DNA from: Caecitellus pseudoparvulus
Taxonomy: Eukaryota > Protista > Bigyra: Bicosoecida
NCBI GenBank assembly: GCA_965644315.1
Contig: CBFFRQ010000153.1
Span: forward strand, 1-12,910
Direction: 5' to 3'
Length of the DNA: 12,910 nt
Numbering within the stretch: the first letter of the stretch is position 1; every line of letters starts with the position of its first letter. Positions 10,501 to 12,910 of this stretch are shown here, piece by piece. The notes under the pieces were generated by a model. That model did not search any database and had not been told where the DNA came from. It worked only from the letters and a program-made list of their open reading frames with translations. The translations under genes were made by a program, and so were the position numbers.

Positions 10501-11149
10501 AAGCACCCTTCAACTCGCACTTCAATCTGCGGAAGAAGCTTCACGCAAGCCCCGACCTTGTCGCGTTGCTGTCCCTCAACTTCTGGTTGCAGCTCTGCAT
10601 CGCTGGGAAGCGGGCCTCTATCTCCGCACCCCGGAGCGGAAGGTCATGCTCCGCTTCCTTCTCTGTGGTCAATGGCCCTTCCGTTGGGGCACGGCGGCTG
10701 ACCTGCAACTTGTGTCGAAGGAGGAGGCATCCGTGCTCTCGAACCCACACCTGACCTTCCGCAACTCTGCCGGGCCACTCCTCCCTCCTTCCTGCTGGAA
10801 ACAAATGGTGGCGAAGGCGGCCGACTTCTCATCAACTGCGTGGGACGAATGTGTGAAGCGTATGCTCAAACTCACCTCTCAAGAGTTTCTACCTGTGCAA
10901 AAGCATGCACGGTATCTGTGGTGGGCGGCGCATGGGCGGGGAAGTACGCTACCTGGGTCGTCAAGACCTCTCCCAAGTGCGGTAAGCAAACACACCGCCA
11001 GGGTCCGGGCGAGGCGCTTTGAGCGTACATACTTCCCCGTGCGCTCGGAGAGGCGCGCTCCGCGCTCCTTCAGTGCGCAGTCCACGCTGTTTGATGTTGG
11101 AGTTTCTAGGCCCGACATACCATCCAGTCCGGGTTCTGACTTGGAGTAG
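4532..11149 (+). CDS. Single-ORF retrotransposon polyprotein (~2205 aa): unknown N-terminal domain, putative Cys protease, APE endonuclease, reverse transcriptase, CCHC zinc knuckle
   Basis: APE motifs VSWNVAG, LTEP, GAYVP, MGDLNCH, LDHVL, SDHHLL (~6710-7510). RT motifs SPGPG, YRLI, EQAGF, FVDFKGAFDTVSH, GVPQGGALSPLLF, YADDL (starting 9086), GLAINPGKS, YTYLG (~8380-9360). Knuckle CPLC-x10-H-x4-C (10400-10459). ATG 4532 is preferred over the track's 4499 start by alignment with element A and the shared catcATG context. Confidence 0.96.
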   Translation: MPVDTSQVLGVLFVEQCIAGQQHRGPRTGSLTDMPRRGAARTFQLSGMSFDEDPSSTAEELRNSWLVTFGEAADRLLPGLSAEFARASAALRRAPGQRAALLVSLGSNGDSPMTARKLRELAAREDDFTIQLGRGATISVVYPNTRQFASAKAKVRVSAPASALQLASEVAGRATKIAAETGDVASVVKLVASHLDTRLKSQQRVQLQARHSVPSKGDAPVGKEVFRPPTDTQPISDGQRKKTRRGKRAKTSAPPPQTPKRTFADLFKTPPQGTSTGDKAAFVTAKRVPTTSPRGEALYETLPSSRVRSEKGTRWDKLFPRGSPSTPQRKDIHDSLAKPTSSERSLEELPAAGAAASCAPKPEPHVTPTEVLTLEGCPRKPGVLPRIPLADDSALAPLLAGDHVFSNVDGQHCVQACVETAIGETLLTTEDLVLLQHAAAIQSAQRAYASLRSMKQVAAGDSSDSDVQAIPMANTTAEESPEDDLELFTRLLRRFSPPDASIQTAMPPVLLPGLHTLLEELNCDYVQLNGDGPQIRGEVGVSSARTKGDHAELFQNVHFAFALSAPDGSEMAHLMLLLVDPQRNELVLWNPDEPTQSTSIPMVNCMDHLHSHGIDTVYRVSAKKHTGAPTSLRDRVRRALLKLKERYPPFPFVDAEGMVHMKTYIASRSTRITMPTGRPTRKQAASEQYVREHDPLLQLIPSPSSPLKTDWTQSPHTPIGRKATTQVALVSWNVAGAGGHYLHELILCTKSVIKRSARLVMCLTEPGGRGVLDTEVMGLQCFRPSPPERPPGRSEVAMLVDRRLNASLLPGLGLDGRCLVACSIPCKPLPLAVIGAYVPNWHTAQRKKALADPDTKLPHRQEIWEQLTHAVQSLRHTHMIALMGDLNCHPGDSGMKCWDTEAWENRTGVPDPTDDVGVLDALCREGGLQPAGKSGDSTQATFKRALDHVLICPRLMHHLRQPLKVTTTFSRSGKRNPAKMELSDHHLLSVIVAVKLKGPARKLRSTHRQATAPPWWPSATPEGSNAQLHFKTAVKQSLETALAAPLADSSKQLTELDDIIGLAARDTHSHCKVLSTEHLQVLTHVRSLSSQKKKLTAKVSRLRKKLDRTRRHHALLRGATDEVRKRKARSLWEQQQMLNEDIDATQRLRKQAMRKCSRLAAKKHRSALRQVKQRLRELIHVDPFAAHTHIRRLSGRGRRTSSTPLQAVYNTEGFLVTSPNEVKATVREQMADIIGPRQQQVIPLEFGLSRFLPTNCTHFVPPETWLPVTDVAVSHIDKLSLHRSPGPGHYQAEHLKYSPLPVKRKYARVLLDALQQGLPPATYHSGVGTLLPKKTSKPGRVCTYRLIVCRPPQAKLFFSLVATCVESWMKTWISKEQAGFTRTRNTHEQILALQEAANEYVRVSAGRSVLILFVDFKGAFDTVSHSAILEILTAAHLPQPLLACVKDYMTRASVAIHTAHGLCDPIPVTNGVPQGGALSPLLFKIAIDILSQRLHELPYQGIVGAGIRTPHGHITHTLYADDLACVATSPAALLRMFQEVKALGERVGLAINPGKSGVMIVTSASASRGVSATERRKGLWRSKWLKSGSMLKVKGVPIQRTSTYTYLGAPLSDNTNRTRLLAIRQASISCCQAGFSCGALLSSRWLDVNLKHRMSAASITSAADYILATQVRNSVLPLRDVDRGLAKALSKSHLGMQSSLMRMHNFSKLAVCGILPAHIRATKQRVNIFRRLLKGINQSTPAAIALKYTLPDAIERLPTDVDMQLVLRTNISLDKPAPNGVPDSWALHGLLDLWLYGALPDRADVLRYCTPADEEEVSLDCGLDVCRGMDALPLKVELLGLAAAESSSFLCAPVFAASTPWATRQRIIESYQHIAPTVTCSEVQYSTTSEIPRARRPKPYHVGPGARLFVWLHPIPSAVSPLLWACEEEQEKRVKVHLWQTLQVLHGDDFPTCFRECPLCQSRMWPSLHEHILLSCAHPPLAESRTAALKSTLQLALQSAEEASRKPRPCRVAVPQLLVAALHRWEAGLYLRTPERKVMLRFLLCGQWPFRWGTAADLQLVSKEEASVLSNPHLTFRNSAGPLLPPSCWKQMVAKAADFSSTAWDECVKRMLKLTSQEFLPVQKHARYLWWAAHGRGSTLPGSSRPLPSAVSKHTARVRARRFERTYFPVRSERRAPRSFSAQSTLFDVGVSRPDIPSSPGSDLE

Positions 11150-11807
11150 TCCGTGAGAATCCCCTGGTAAACGCTGGCGGATCTGTGGAAACAAGATGGA
11201 AAGGCGTGGTGAGAACCACGATGGAAACTGTAGGCTTGGAAATCTTGGCAACGTTGGCCAGGTGGCCGGCCTTCATCTTGGCTTCTTTCTGCGAAGAAGA
11301 GAGAAATAAGTCCAAGAATGACGCATGAGTACTTAGATGGAGGCCTTGGATCCATGAGAAGCCCTTTGTATCCTCCTGTGGCGGCGCGTGCGGAAGTAGC
11401 CGTGCCCCACGCACGGGCGCAAGGCACGCCGCCACCTGGAAGAGGACTCACCAAGATCCAGCCCGTCCTCAAGCACTTCATCGACCTACATGCGCAGAAA
11501 GGAGCGGAAAGAGTGTGGAACATGTCAGGAATAAGGTGTTCTTCAAGCGTTCGGCGGGGCAGGCAGCGCGTGGTGCTGCCAAGTGCACTGCCCCACCGTG
11601 AAACGCCCCCACCTGTCCCGGGCACTGAGGCCCATGTAGGGCCCACAGTGGGACGAAGTCCCGGGCCCGAGTCGGAAACCGGCCCGGGATAATGGGGGAA
11701 GTTGAATTGTGAACTGATGGAATGTCTGAGTGGGTTGCGCTGGCTGCGCACCCCCCCACGAGACCGAGCTCTGGCCCCCCTCGCGGGCATGTGGACCTTT
11801 CTACCAA

Positions 11808-12014
11808 GGGGCGGGCGTTGAAACGCCCTAGCGAAGCGGCGGCTTATACAACGGACTCAAGTCTGTGCTGGCTGCAGATCCATTTACATGGTAGCCGCTG
11901 TGGTGTACACCGGAGCGCACTCGTGTGCGACGGTGAGCAGGACACCACGTGTGATGCCCCAGCTGCACCGCGCCTGTGGCAAGCGTGGAAGCGAATTGCA
12001 ATGCATTGAACTGT
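11808..12014 (+). other. Conserved structured 3' terminal region of element B
   Basis: Hairpins GGGCGT-TGAA-ACGCCC and ACGGAC-TCAA-GTCTGT, and TGCAATGCATTGA at 11997-12009; homologous to 4196-4396. Confidence 0.75.
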
Positions 12015-12022
12015 CTAACCCT
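12015..12022. repeat. Single telomere-like unit CTAACCCT at the 3' junction of element B
   Basis: Same phase as element A's 3' junction, with an abrupt switch to AT-rich DNA after it. Confidence 0.75.
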
Positions 12023-12049
12023 GTTTTGTAAAAGAGTAAGATGAAAGGT

Positions 12050-12473
12050 ATGAATGAGGGGTTTTATGAGGGTGTATGTGAGGGGGTAGAATGAGGGGTT
12101 GAATGAGGGGGTTACAAAAAGGTTACGAAAAGGTTACGGAGTTACGATAAGTTACGGAATCACAATATTATCGTAACCCAGTATAACAGAGCATAGAAGG
12201 TAAGGGTTGTGTTGTGTTGTTTAATAATAATGGTAAGAGGTTACGGAGTTACGATAATTTGGGGGTATGTCTTCATCTTTTTTTAAGTTGTAGTGTTTGA
12301 GTTACAACATAAAAAAAGTCAGCATCAAATCTGTAAATTATCGTAACTTCGTAACCCTGTTAAGTGAGAGTAAATCTAAACCATATATGGTGTGTAATAG
12401 AAACAAAGTATAGTGATATTATAAGACCGTAAAGGAAGGTTACGAAAATTATTGTAACCAGTTGAATGAGGGG
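12050..12473. repeat. AT-rich cluster of GTTAC/GTAAC motifs and GAATGAGGGG repeats
   Basis: GTTAC at 12111, 12122, 12133, 12141, 12151, 12240, 12248, 12301, 12439. A 20-bp direct repeat at 12131-12150 / 12238-12257. A 21/22 inverted repeat at 12239-12260 / 12335-12356. GAATGAGGGG at 12052, 12089, 12101, 12464. Confidence 0.8.
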
Positions 12474-12613
12474 TATGCTCGTTCGCCCTCTGCGGGCTCA
12501 CTGCGCGGTGCCGACCTTGGGAGGCACATTTGGCGGATGTTGTGAGATAATTAGCAAGGGGACCCCCTTGTGGTTGGCGTCAAAAATGGTCAAAAATGAG
12601 TTTTTTAAAACAA

Positions 12614-12773
12614 CAAACCACAAATGGTGTGTAGAATTGTTGGCGGATTTCATCACAAGACCATTAAAAATAAATTTCACACCAGCAAACCACAAATGGT
12701 GTGTGGCGGATGATTTCATTTCAATCACCACACCATAAAAATAAATTTCAGTCAATCAAACCACAAATGGTGT
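12614..12773. repeat. Degenerate ~72-nt tandem repeat (about 2.2 copies)
   Basis: CAAACCACAAATGGTGT at 12614, 12686 and 12757. Both full units also contain GGCGGAT and TAAAAATAAATTTCA. Confidence 0.85.
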
Positions 12774-12830
12774 CAAAATGGTCAGGTGATTGACAGACAC
12801 GACACGGTGATGGTGTCAAAGTGCCACATC

Positions 12831-12910
12831 TGTAACCCGCCATTTAAACCAGTCATCGTGGCCCCTATATATAATGGGGCCACGATGACTGGTTTAAATG
12901 GCGGGTTACA
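12831..12910. repeat. Perfect 35-bp inverted repeat with a 10-nt AT spacer at the window end
   Basis: 12831-12865 TGTAACCCGCCATTTAAACCAGTCATCGTGGCCCC is the exact reverse complement of 12876-12910; the spacer is TATATATAAT. Confidence 0.97.

Larger units (their letters stand above)
4410..12014 (+). mobile_element. Element B: autonomous APE-type non-LTR retrotransposon (LINE) associated with telomeric repeats
   Basis: Intact APE-RT-CCHC ORF, bounded by CTAACCC sequences at 4397-4409 and 12015-12022. No LTRs and no poly(A). Confidence 0.93.

Noticed and set aside
4532-11149. Telomerase RT or Penelope/Athena-type terminal retroelement
   Set aside because: The APE domain, LINE-type RT motifs and C-terminal CCHC knuckle identify a non-LTR retrotransposon.
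11100-11692. Possible restriction-like endonuclease (Dualen-like) suggested by RPDI near the C-terminus and ORF 11318..11692
   Set aside because: The ORF stops nine residues after RPDI, with no RHD or D/E-x-K motif, and downstream frames show no RLE or RNase H motifs.
10879-11790. 303-aa antisense ORF and the many other short overlapping ORFs
   Set aside because: No recognisable motifs; such ORFs are expected by chance in GC-rich coding DNA.
12466-12755. Small ORFs 12466..12738 (+) and 12498..12755 (-)
   Set aside because: These are translations of the tandem repeat, with no coding evidence.
12614-12773. CRISPR-like repeat-spacer appearance
   Set aside because: The intervening sequences resemble each other, there are only three short repeats, no cas genes, and the context is eukaryotic.

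Overview
This is a eukaryotic chromosome end (or linear replicon) with (TTAGGG)n telomeres. Positions 1-1474 are a pure (TAACCC)n tract, followed by two related + strand retroelements in head-to-tail order, each joined at its 3' end directly to CTAACCC with no poly(A). Element B (~4410-12014) is an apparently intact non-LTR retrotransposon. Its single ~2205-aa ORF has a novel N-terminal domain, a putative papain-like Cys protease, an APE endonuclease, a reverse transcriptase and a CCHC knuckle. Element A (~1475-4396) is a diverged non-autonomous partner. It encodes only the N-terminal domain and protease-like region (one frameshift in a G-run), stops where B's APE begins, and shares 5' and 3' cis motifs with B. 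The arrangement resembles HeT-A/TART and has the TRAS-type orientation. The last ~890 nt are AT-rich and non-coding, with GTTAC/GTAAC iteron-like motifs, ~72-nt tandem repeats and a perfect 35-bp inverted repeat that ends exactly at the window edge. All calls come from reading motifs by eye; no database searches were run.
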